Shown: positions 36,601 through 48,203 of the stretch, in pieces
How the letters are laid out: every line of letters starts with the position of its first letter
Numbering within the stretch: position 1 is the stretch's first letter
NCBI GenBank assembly: GCA_051942205.1
Contig: JAVECO010000170.1
Location: 1 to 50,041, forward strand
Reading direction: 5' to 3'
Origin: Coniocarpon cinnabarinum
Taxonomy: Eukaryota
DNA: 50,041 nt
The notes under the pieces: model-generated
What the model saw: the letters and a program-made list of their open reading frames with translations, nothing else
Database searches by the model: none
Told to the model about the DNA's origin: nothing
Program-made: the position numbers and the translations under genes

Positions 36601-37956
36601 CCACCGCATTTCAACTTCTCCCTTCCCCTAATTTCATTGCACCGTCGTTTACCTTGTTGGCGCAATTCTTTTAGTCCTAGTATTCTGAAAGCGATCCTGT
36701 CTACACGTGTCTTCTGATTCCTGCTACTCTACCGTACTGTGTTCCATCCACTTGAGTTCGACTTGTGTTTGCAAGGCACATAATTTCATCACTGACCATA
36801 GCCAAACACGGATTATGTAGTTTCCAAATGAACGACATTATCTTTCTTTCGATTTGATAAGCATCGTTACGTGACGCTTCGGCAGGCGCAAGGCATAATC
36901 GCATCACGCTCGCTGTGAGTGCATAGAGCTCATCGGTCTGATATCGACAAGATGACAGTGCAAAACCTGCAATCAAACTTGGGTTGCACAGAGCAGGTCT
37001 GTCAATGATACACGCTCATCTGGGTGCTATCACTCGACTCGACTAAGATTCCCGACTAATATTTCGATTGTTCAATGACTACCTAGCAAAAGTCGACGAA
37101 TCGATTTGCCACGATGCACAAGAGCTTTCAGACGTATGGGCTCGCTCTACTAACTATGATGCGTGTCGCTAAGGTGAAAGAAACTAGACTCGAAGCGTTA
37201 AGCATCTAGCATGTAGGTACGCGTCAATTAGTTCCCGAATTTAGTTAGAGCAAACATCAAGCTAGTCTACGTGCAAAGAAGAGTGCAAGAGAGAAGACGT
37301 AGTGTGTGTGTGTTGTCACATTGTCTGCCGTACGGCACTGCTTTTCATGAATAATTATGACCCTTTTATTGAACTCTTCGACGCGGTGAGTCGGACTTTA
37401 TCGATGGGATGTTTATAAATTTGGGGTCAAGGGAGAGACTTGCTTGTTGCGAGAATTCCGTATATATGGAGATCGTAGATGCTCTCAAGCATTTGTTTAG
37501 AGAGCAAAGTGCATGATCGGTGATGTATGAGCAGCACCCTTCCTTTTTCGATGAAAATTGAAGTATCTACTTTGCCGATTGGCTGGACATTATCAGCGTT
37601 GCGGAAAATCCGCACGAACCTATCCGCTATCCGATGATTGGGTATGTCGTGGTCGTGATTTGGTCCAGGACTTTTCAACCCGGACAGGAATAATGACAGT
37701 TGTTGGGAATGTGATGCTGAGGCGCTGGAGCTTCGTCCGAATTCCGAATGGTTCCGGGTATCTTGTTTCTTGATCGAGAAAGCGATGTTTATGCATTCGC
37801 CAGTTCAAACATGATGGAAAACTCGTAATGTTGTACGCAACAAAATATTGTATTGGCTGCACGAAAGGTTGTATCGCTGTCCAGTAAAAATGCACAACAA
37901 CATGAAAGACGAGCGGCTACCTATATTGGTATTAGATTGATCTTCCTGTAATTGAG

Positions 37957-40323
37957 CTAACCAAGCTCTATATCCATTGGAAACTCGCGGCCATCGAATG
38001 CTGCATTCAAGATAATCGAGGCGCTCAGCAGCACTGGCTCTGCTGTCAAAGCGACGTGCGCTGTCATGCTTTCTCGCTCTGACGCCACAAGTACACCAGT
38101 GCCGATCAATTGGGACACCAGACATCTTAATACGTATTGATGTTGTGGTTGCACAACACCATACTGTGTCGACCCGATATTGCTCCGGTTGCTCATCTGC
38201 CTTTGGTGCGCTTTAGAGAGGCGCAAGAAATGCATCGTACCGAAACCTATGGCACTGAGTACCAACATGGCAAGTAGACTCATCTGCGGGACTTGTTTCA
38301 TTGTATGCTTGATAGGTGTTGCGCTATCTTGCACGACCTCAGTAATGAGCCAAGAAAAGCTGAGTACACCTAAGGGAAGACCGAGCGTCATGTAAAAGTT
38401 CGGAAACACCAGTCGCCGGACCCTGTTGATGCCTGTACAAAGTATCCCAGCTGTGATGCTTAAAGCGGCAACGACAGAGTTGCTTATCAGCTGGTTCTTA
38501 ATCCCTGTATGCTGCTCCGCAGATGTCTGAGTCGATGTTTGAGCCGATGTAGCCTGAGTTGGCGTAGGGATCGCCAACAATAGACACAACCCAAGCAACA
38601 GCTTTATTCCACGACAACTCGATCGCAAAACAAAAGGCACTCCGCCGGACTGAACAGCCTTGCGGCGGTAAATGCGTTTGACACTCACGAGAGGCTCTTC
38701 GCGTGCAGCCTGGCCATGCAGGGCGAAGGGGTCTGAGGACTGAGTGTGTTGGACCCTCGAGGGATAGTCCATCTTCATCTCTAAATTCAGAAGGCATCGC
38801 ATCTCCAGGTTTGCTGCATAGACGACCGCGGAAACAAGCTGTGCAAAGCGCTTTCTGACGGTTCCAGACAGCAGCAGAAAGCTGTGCAGCGCGCCGACCC
38901 AGTGGAATTGCCGTACGATACTCACGATGAAAGTGACAATCCACTGGCTGTGAGCGACGTGCTGAGTAGGTTCCGAGGTGTCTGTGCCCCTTGACTGACG
39001 GTTGTATTCATCATCAGAGGGCTCTTCATCGTAGGTGAGAATGAACCCAGGAGGATAATGTTTCCTGTATTTTGGGGTGTGTAATAGCTTGGCGTCTCTT
39101 CCTGTCATGAGGCTGTTCTCCACGCACTCTAGAAATGATGCTCGGCTCTTGTCTGAGGCCTCAAACATGCTAGTGTGCCAAATCACAAGCCACAAGTCAT
39201 TACCGATAGGCCTTGAGGTAGCACTTCCCCCTAAGCGCTGCAAAGCCGGATCAAAAAGCGCGAGTATGGACTGGTGACTCGAGATGAAAGGTTGGCTGGC
39301 TGTCAATGATCTGCAATACAGCGACAATTGTGTCAGTGGGTTATATTGTGTCAATACGCCAAGGTGATCTAGAATCAAAGTTAATCAGAAAGAAGAGTAG
39401 ACGTTGCAGCATGCCGGACATACTATGCAAGCGACCAAGAGCACATTTTTTGTCTACTACTCTCATGTGCCAGTATCTTGCAACTTTCGTCCAGTCCTCT
39501 CGATCCCGAATGTCTTCATCCTCAATAGCCGTCCAGTAACGCGCCAAATCACCCAGACACTCAAACCACGTATTCTCAAACGTAGGGACCGTTTCAAAAA
39601 GCAAAGCCATCATCTGATAGGCTAAATAGATAGAAGCTAGCATATATTCTGGTGAACTAGGCAATCGATGTCTTAAAAGCTCTAAACAGTTGTGAATACC
39701 GTGTTTCCACATTTGTGCAGGTATTGGGTATTTGGCCGCAAGCTCCTTGATTGACGTACTCGCCGATGGATGCTGAGACGCCAAGAGGAAGTCATGATGT
39801 TCGTGCAACAGGGTTCGATGGAGAGCAATTAGGGCCGGAAAATGCTCCACTCGGACTCTTTCGGCTTGATTGTCGACACTCGGTGTATGCGCTACGGTCG
39901 AACCGTGTGCATGAACTGGATATGGGGTTAGTAGCTTGAAAAAGCGGTGCTAACACAATCGTCAAGTAAAGATGTGACTGGTGCTTTGAACACACCTTTG
40001 GAAGTGTGGGGACATTGCAGACCGTCTACTGGCGACTGTTCATTGACAACACTGACGCACTTTTGCTCAACCATAACTAGCCCAGAATAAATTTCTTTCA
40101 CTTCGGCTGCCAGCTGATCTTGACTGATGGAACGAGAGCCTGGTTGCTGAGTTGAATATGGGTCTGTGGATCTTGGGCTGCTGCGGTGACCGAAAATGGA
40201 TTCATGTTGTAAGTTGATGAGGCTTTCTAGGTTGTCATCCACATGCGTATCAGATTCGTCGGACGGTCTGCCGAAACGGAGAGTATTGCCAAACTCCCTA
40301 AGCGACTGCGGGTCGTTTGCCAT
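37957..40323 (-). CDS. Est1/SMG6/Ebs1-like helical (TPR-like) domain protein with C-terminal membrane module (family member 5, subfamily B)
   Basis: ISQDQLAAEVKEIYSGLVMVEQKC, ALIALHRTLLHEHHDFLLASQHPSAS, MWKHGIH, WFECLGDLARY and GRLH/NHLGVL..LTQLSLYCRSL match the fungal Est1-like family. Intron 1 ends at ~39916 (TACTAAC..CAG; donor ~39995 or ~39959). Intron 2 is 39423-39369. The last exon is open through to ..LTAEPVLLSASIILNAAFDGREFPMDIELG. Confidence 0.8.
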
Positions 40324-41490
40324 TTTCTCGATCGCAAATCTTTGCGCTGGGCGAGATCGGTGCTATTGCCTCGCGTGCTCGGGGAAAGCGTCGATTGATA
40401 CCTTACCTGACTATACCTCTGCGGAATGGCAGGACACGTTAGTCATGAGGCTGACCGACAGCTTATATGACCGTGATTGTAAGACGACCCTCTTGTAAAT
40501 AAAATTTCGTCTGGCTCTGGGACGTTTGCTGCAGCTCAGAGCGAGCTTGTCGATTCAGCACATCAGAAAAATGACTGGTCAAGCCTTTCTCAGGGTAGCA
40601 ACCCTTCGACCACCTGTACAGAGGCCCTGCTGCAATATATTTGTGCCTTCAACCTACTGCATGTAAGGAATTCCCATCACTGTGCCTGATTCTGATGGAC
40701 TCTGCCTTTGGATGACGATCAAGGCTGAGAAACGCAGGCCGCGCAGAACGATGCACACTGTCTGCATAAAGCGGATTATGATGCAAATAGACTTTGTGCT
40801 AGCGTGGATGATGTGTTGTGAGGTATGCTTAAATGCTTAACTTCACCTCACAAGTATGGACTTTCCGCCAAAACAATGTCGTCCACACCAGCAAGCTTGC
40901 CCTCACACACCGGTTACCAGAAGATGTGGGAGCGGCCATTAATATGTATGCCTTGCTTGGGGCAGTGTCAAACATAAGAAAGTAGGTCGCAATGCGGCAA
41001 GGCAAAATGATCTGAATAGCCAATCATGCAACGCCACGTCTCTCAGTTAGCAAGCCACATAACGTCACAGTCTGATGGTTCGCTTCTGCCTCATTTGCGG
41101 TACGATCAGCCGATGCGGCTCTGCGGGACGTCGTATTTGATATAGTCGTTCACCTGAACCTAGCACTCACTTAACCGTGATAAGTTCCGAGTGGATTCTC
41201 GCCGAATACACAGTTTGAGTCTTGTCACGGCTTCCATCTTCGTAGAGGGGCCACAATTCAGCCTTCAGAGTGAGACGGCCGTATCTGAATTCGTGGGTTG
41301 GCGCTGGATGCCTTCGAAGCATAGTGAGCGCTTCGCAGCTCTTGGGAAAGATTACGGCAACTCGAGCGCTGGAAAGATCGGCCCAATCGTAGGTATTTTG
41401 CGCTGATATGATTGGTATCGCAAAAGGTCACAGCTTTTAATATAAAGCAGGAGCAGGCCAATATATTCAGCAGAAGAGGAAGCTTGCGGT

Positions 41491-41997
41491 ATGGAAATCT
41501 CCGATATCGGCTCAATTGTGGCGACATCGGCTGCGTTGATATGGGGAGTTCTCGCGCTTCGAAGTGTGAACTCAGCGTCACTTGCACAGCACAATCCTAC
41601 CTTCGGGGAACTTGGAGGCCTAGTGTGTCGGACAGCGCTGTTCTCAACGTCTCTTCTCGTCATTCACCGACTGCAAGAGCACCATGACTTTCAAAAATAT
41701 TTCACGGCTGCCACAGTCGCACTGGGTACAACGCACGCTGCTCTTCGCGGGCTCAGTGTTGCAGAGAGTTGTTTGACCATTCTCCCAGGATGGCTAGCCC
41801 TGGGAGCCATCTCGAGCTTCGTACTCGACATGTGCACCAGCGCCATCGCGAGATGGTCAAACCAAGTGACGTACAAGTCGACACAGCATTTTGGCCCTGA
41901 ACCAACTCAGAACAACATCGCTGGATTCAACAATGTGCCTCCAAGCCATGAGAAGCGGCTTTCACCAGTAGATGCACAGATATTTGCGCAACGATGA
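41491..41997 (+). CDS. Small membrane protein, probable distant member 6 of the 4-TM family
   Basis: 168-aa ATG ORF with a TATAAA ~50 bp upstream and four hydrophobic segments: AALIW / SLLVIHRL..HDFQKYF / ATVALG / LTILPGWLALGA. Confidence 0.6.
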   Translation: MEISDIGSIVATSAALIWGVLALRSVNSASLAQHNPTFGELGGLVCRTALFSTSLLVIHRLQEHHDFQKYFTAATVALGTTHAALRGLSVAESCLTILPGWLALGAISSFVLDMCTSAIARWSNQVTYKSTQHFGPEPTQNNIAGFNNVPPSHEKRLSPVDAQIFAQR

Positions 41998-42520
41998 GGT
42001 TAATGAGACTTTTGAATCAAACCGTGATGACGTTCGAATAAGCATGGCGAAAGGCGTGGGTATGGATCTTAAAAACGGTCATTTCCTTGGGATCAAGCCT
42101 CGAACGGCGGGTGGAGTCGTTTGGAGGCGTTCAATTGTAAGACGGACATTTGGAAGTGGTTCAAGAGACTCCGTCACTTTGACATTTCGGTGAGCGATCA
42201 CAGAAACACTGATGAGATGAGTGATGGAAGGGATAGCAGGTTTTCAGCAACACCTACCTGGCAGCGGACATATACGCTAGACCAATTTCAGCAATCTTCA
42301 TTCAAACAACTCAACGCTGAACGTTTTTGCGCGGAGAACGTAGTCAACGCCATTTTGGTGACCGTGTGCGCTAGAGTCGCAGAGAGCGAAGTTCGGTACC
42401 TTTTCCTCTATGTCTACAGAACAGAGCGAACATTACCACAAGCTCTGCAGCCGAACAGAATGCTTTCGCCTTCACCCTGGTGCGCGCTATTTAATACAAA
42501 TTTCCGGACTCAACTCGGCT

Positions 42521-44158
42521 TCACGCATTCCTGCTCATGTCGTTCCTAATTCTCTGGTAGTCTAGCAGGCCCTCGATCTGACCCACCGCACTCACTGCAA
42601 TATCTTGGTCCCAGAGGTATCGCTTTGCAAACTCCATGACGTTTTTCTCACTCACTGCACCAACGACTCTCTCCACCTCTTCTGGCAACATGCGCCTCCC
42701 TGTCGTGACGATCTGACGGCCAATGTCCTCTGCGACTGCTGTGGTGCCGTCCAGTGACAAGAGGATAGATGCCTTGAGTTGAGCTTTGGCACGCTCGGTT
42801 TCCGCTTCTGTCACGCCATATGATAGTCTTGACCACTCGCGCAGTGTAAAGTGAACCAGATCGTCAATGCGAGTCACTTTGTCTGTCACCAGGTAGATAC
42901 CCCAGAGACCGGTGTCGGAGTAGGATGTGCTGAAGGACATGAAGCTGTTGGCAAGACCGTTCGTGTGGACAAATGTAGAGAGCTTGCTTCCGAGATAGGG
43001 TGAAGAGCCCATCGCGCGATCCCAATTACCAACAATGGCTTGAGCAACAAGGGCAGTGAAGTAGTCGTCGGAGTTCCATGAGACACCCTCGACCGCAATG
43101 GCGATGTTGGCGGTCGGCATAGTATCGTCTCGCACTCGAACTTCACTGCCAACAAAGTCCGGTTGTTGTTTCTGCGCGGCAGCAATGGTAGCTGCGCTGT
43201 CAGAGGGTGGAGCACTGGGAATCTTACTGAAGTGTTGCTCGGCGAGTTTCACTAATTCCTCGTGTGGCACACCTCCTGCTCCAACCAGTACCATTCGATC
43301 TGCAGTGTAGTTTGTGGTGATGTAGTCAACCAGATCTTGTCGTGAGATGGACTCAATGTTCTCCTTTGGTCCAAGAATGGTTCGACCCAGCGGCTGGCTC
43401 TGGTAAGCAGTTGCGTGCAAGTGATCAAAGACAACTTCCTCCAGCTGCTTGTCCACCTCTTCCTGCTCCCGGAGTATCACGGCACGTTCTCGCTCAATGG
43501 CTGACGGCTCGAATTTGGATCTTTGTAAAATGTCGGAAAGGATATCAACGGTGGCCCCAACATCACTGTTGAATGATTTGGCATAGTAAACAGTGTTTTC
43601 TCGCTGAAGACCATGGATTAGCATGCCATATTTCTAGCGACCTCAATGTGGTAAGCGTACCGATGTATAGGCGTTCAGATGACCTCCCATGTTCTCGATC
43701 TCGAGTTCTAGCTGATGTTGCGTGCGGTTTTGAGTGCCCTACAGTGTGTCAGTCAACGTCCGAAACCCATCTCGCGTCCGCCGGAACCCCATAAGATCAA
43801 TCAACTAACTTTAAAAGCTAGATGTTCCAAGAAGTGTGCAGTCCCGTTTGTTTTATCCGTCTCCGCTCTGCTTCCAGCGTCAATCCATACTCCTACGGTC
43901 GAGGTTTGGGCCCAGGGGGAATGCTCGGTCGCGATCTGAAGTTTAGCTTAGCATTTGCCCAACAGTCCAGGCAAGACTGAAATAGTTGCATACTGTAAAG
44001 CCATTGCTCAGCGTGGTGCTTTCCGTCTTCGCGCCATGGCTTATAGGTGTTGCAAATCCTCTCAGCAACGGACTCTGGGTGCGGGATTTGACGGCGTTGA
44101 GGGCGGATCGGCTGCGTGTTGCCTGGCGCAGGCTGAGCGCCAGAGACCTCGAGGCCAT
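42521..44158 (-). CDS. MAS1: Mitochondrial processing peptidase beta subunit
   Basis: Exons 44158-43994, 43935-43810, 43738-43661 and 43603-42521. It has an Arg/Ser-rich presequence, the HFLEH inverted zinc motif ([15 protein letters not shown]), LNAYTSRE and [16 protein letters not shown]. Confidence 0.97.
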
Positions 44159-44431
44159 GCGAGTCCAAAAGATCGACTCTTGACGCAATGAGACAATTCA
44201 GGTCACTACAGAGATTCTTCCAGCTCGACCTACAGGGACAAATCTGGCGGCCAATAAAGCTGGGATAAGCTTCAGTATGGTCAGCCCCAAACTTCAGGCA
44301 CCAATAGGGCTGATCGGCGGACCTCGGGCGATTTCACGTGCTCTATCTGGAACGACATTGTTTGCGACCGTCGATACAGAAGCTTGAAGGCGTCAATATC
44401 GTGCCTGCATTCCTTTTCGAAGATAGTTACC

Positions 44432-45095
44432 ATGTTGCGTCCTTGTAGCCTACGACTTGCGAGCAATCTATCAACCAAGCGCGTCACTTCGAGCAGCATC
44501 CGCACACTCTCGACCTCCAGATTGACAGCTCCCTTGACCTCACGAGCATCTCTCTTATCACAATCGCGGCAAAATGCTATCAACAAGCGCTTGCAAATCA
44601 GCACACGGGTCGCCGCGTTTCATGCTACAAGTCGACGAGAAATCTTGCCACCATTACCTCGTATGCCATCTCGACCATTCACATAGATGTTACGCAATGC
44701 AACTCAGCTAACTTCCGGTACCAGAGCGACTATCCGGCACTGCCAACGAAGCAGCACCTGTACCCACAGCCGATTCAATGCATGGGAACTATCACTGGGA
44801 TGCTGAGCGTCTCGTCAGCGTTGCCCTGGTTCCCGTCACACTGGCGCCTTTCATTGGCGGCTCAATGTATCCGATCTTAGACGCCACGTTCTGCGCGCTT
44901 CTCGTCATACATTCGCACATTGGGTTTCAGTCTATCATCATTGACTATGTACCGAGCAAGCGGACACCAAAAGCACGCAGATTCTTTACATGGTTTCTCA
45001 ATTTGGGCTCTTTGGTTGTTGCATATGGATTTTACGAGTTTGAAACAAATGATGTGGGGCTTGTAGAGACAGTGAAGAGACTGTGGCACGCATAA
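44432..45095 (+). CDS. SDH4: Succinate dehydrogenase cytochrome b small subunit (CybS/Sdh4/Tim18 family)
   Basis: Presequence exon 44432-44660, intron 44661-44724; HGNYHWDAERL, HSHIGFQSIIIDY, YEFETNDVGL. Confidence 0.93.
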
Positions 45096-45267
45096 TGCAC
45101 GCATGAATACGAAACTTCATAAAGCCGTCGTTGATTTCTGAGAGCTAGTTTAGGTGCTTCTCATAAACATCAGGTCGCACTGTCCAGCTTCTCATTTCAA
45201 GTGCAATTTCCACATAGTGGGCTGCTTTCATGTGAAGCCCTCGAGCTCGCCTTTCCTCTCTTGTGAC

Positions 45268-47270
45268 TCAACTATTGAGCTTGAGTAGCATCTTGTGTTT
45301 CCTGAACTTATCGAGCTCCTCTCCGGTAGGACGTCGTGCCGGACCCTCGCAGCGGATCGGATCCTGATTTGGACATCGCCTCATGATGAAAACGTATTCA
45401 TGCTTTTCTTGACTGATGACCCTCTCATCAGTGACTAGATACAGCCCGTCATAGCGCAAACCCTCCTCGGGCTTGTATCTAGAACTTTTCATCTTGGATG
45501 ATCGTATCACCCGCACTGGACGTTCTGGATGGCCTTTGTTTGACCGTAGCAATGCTGTGCTTTGGGCATCTTCTGTCGATCCGTCGGCCCTTTCACGATG
45601 TTAGCATAGCATACCCTTTTTCTTTCAAGGAGCTCAGCTTACGCGCTGGCGCCACAGTATTCAACGTGGTCGCCTTCATCGATATCATCGTAATGACCAC
45701 CACCAGCCTGAATGATCTAAAATTAGCACGAGCTGATCTGAAAGACCCATGTTTTTGGAGCCATCCACGTGACCATCCAACGCGAAACAACAATTAAGTG
45801 CACGAGTGTGGGGCTTACCATGACAATTGAGAAGGCCCCATAACCATCTTTGCCATATATTCCAGCCTGGGGAGACCCATGGGCGCCGTCGCGGACTAAG
45901 CAAAGCCATGATGCGAACCATTGACCATTTACGAGGTCCCCTTGCCCAACGCTATCTGCGCGAATCCTCGTCCGGTCCTCCCTCAGCTTCGTGGATTTGG
46001 AACCCTTGATGCCTTTAAACTCAACGTCGCGAAGGATATCGGGATCAAATTGGCGAAGCCGCCAACGCACCGCCAACTCCTTCCCATCAGCCCTCAAATC
46101 GAATGGGAAAGTCTGTGCGCTGTTCGTAGAAAAAAGAACCGGGAGTCCGGAATTCTGGCCAAGGATGCCAGATGCTTTGATCGTCTTCTCGTTGGGCTCA
46201 AAATGCCGAAACTTGTGCAGATACTCACGGACCCGTTCCAGATTTTCTTCGAGCATATGTGCTCTGGCTGGATTCTGGCATTTGCGAACGCAATCCTTGA
46301 AATCACCGAATTGCGCGTTCATCGAACGATCATAGGACTTGCTTGCGTCACTGCTCATAGCTGCAAGCCATGGTATTTTGTTGCCCCAGGCGTTGTCCGT
46401 CGGCGAAGTATGTGTCGGTCCCAAGTCCGGTCTCGAGCTTGAGCTTGCTATAGTGCTGGTCGATGTAAGAAGAGGCACATGGGCACGATTGCGTCTCGCA
46501 TGTGAATCTGATGGGACTTACGGGTTTGCAGCCACGGGAGGCGAGACGAGGGGCGTGGCTGGTGGGCTTGACGGGGTGTCCTTTTTGGCGCCACCGTTGC
46601 CAACTGGCCTTCAGACATTTGACCCAGTTAAAACGTATTTCGGCGATGACGTTAGACAGGAGCCGACTCACCTCGACGGCATTGCAGAGAGGAACGTCCC
46701 TCTCAAAATACTTCCCGGAATCTTCCTCCCAGAACTTGGCCTATCGCGCTCCGGACGAACACTCTCTGGACTACGTGCGTCTGTCCTCGCCCCATGGTTG
46801 TCTTCATCGTGGAACAATGACTCAAGGGGACGCTTCTTGGTGACTGGCTTGGCTGAGAAGGTTTAGTGGAGAAAGGTTCTCGATAGTGGAAGTCAATAAC
46901 ATACGAGGGGCAACGTCCTCAAAGCCGTCGTTTGATGACACATCATCTACGTCGTAGACTTTCAAATTCGGAATGCCGGTAACTGGTGACGGCGGGCCTT
47001 CAAATTCGTAGCCGAGACCCTCCGCGTAAGTCTTGAGTGATTTTGTGAAATTTTCATGGTGGATGCGAGCGCGGGCTTTCGCTTCCTTATATTGGAGCTT
47101 GAGCTCAGCCTGTAACGAATCAGTATGTTCGTGATTCAAACCATCATGCCGTGGAAGTAGTTGTTGTAGGCGTCGAGACTCTGCAGACACAATCTTTCAA
47201 AGACTTTGGCCACTTTTCTTACCTTCTTTCGCCGCTGGCCCTCAGGTTTTCTCAGGTCTATTTCCGACAT
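45268..47270 (-). CDS. SRA/YDG domain protein (multi-exon; boundaries approximate)
   Basis: GDLVNGQWFASWLCLVRDGAHGSPQAGIYG..GAFSIV, PVRVIRS and GLRYDGLY are SRA-YDG signatures. Several GT(A/G)AGT/GTATGT donors join the minus-strand ORFs. Confidence 0.85.
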
Positions 47271-48203
47271 TGTTGACACGAGCAGTTGGTTGTAACTTGA
47301 TCCGCAAGACGCCGCAGCAAGTGCAGCTGCACTCAAATGAGGAGGCGGTAGGTACAGGAACGCCGAGCAAATGAGAGCAGACGAGGCCAAGCTTAGCTTG
47401 TGATTACAAGAGGGCAATGTTTACTCTTCGAAGCTTTGTCGTGCAGGGTTACATCCATGCTGCAGCTTGCCTGGAGCAAAGTACGTCATTGTAAGCGATG
47501 ATGAGCAACAGCTTGCCATTTAGGCACACAAAATGCTTGACGCTGGACTGCAGCATGCATATAAACAACAAACAGTTTCGCATGCAGTGTGCATGTGCGC
47601 TGCACGTAAGACGAAAGGAACGATGTAGAAAACAGATGATACAATAGGTAGGTATTGCAACTAGAGGCGCCTGGGGTGTTACCCTGGTCGTCACTCTCAC
47701 TAGCGTTCCTGCTTTGGAAACAATGATAGACTGATTGATGCTGTCCACGACGTATCCACTTGATGATGACGAGCACCGACATCTTGATAAGGGCCAACAA
47801 ATATGTATCGTAAAGCCACCGCAACCACTGGCTGAGGACTAGGTACAATGCCTCATTTCCACCACCTCGCAGGCGAGGCTCTCAAGACGTCACGAAAGTT
47901 TAGAGCTTCTGTCTGCTCATTCATGATAGTCGTAGAGATCCACCAACGTGCCATCAACCATCATGATTGCCGGCGCACGTGGGGCCTGCCGATCAGCGCA
48001 GATCATCTGCAATAACATCATGAACATTCACGTGACCGAAGCTTCTGGCGCCAATGCCAGCCATCTTCTCAACTTCTTCCTCTCTCTTGCTTACTCTCTC
48101 CTCCAACACTTCTCTCCTCTCACACCAAAGCTGTACAGAGTGCTGTGAAAGTGTTTAATTATTGAACTGTAAAATTCTATGAACTTTCCATCTCGAAATC
48201 AAC

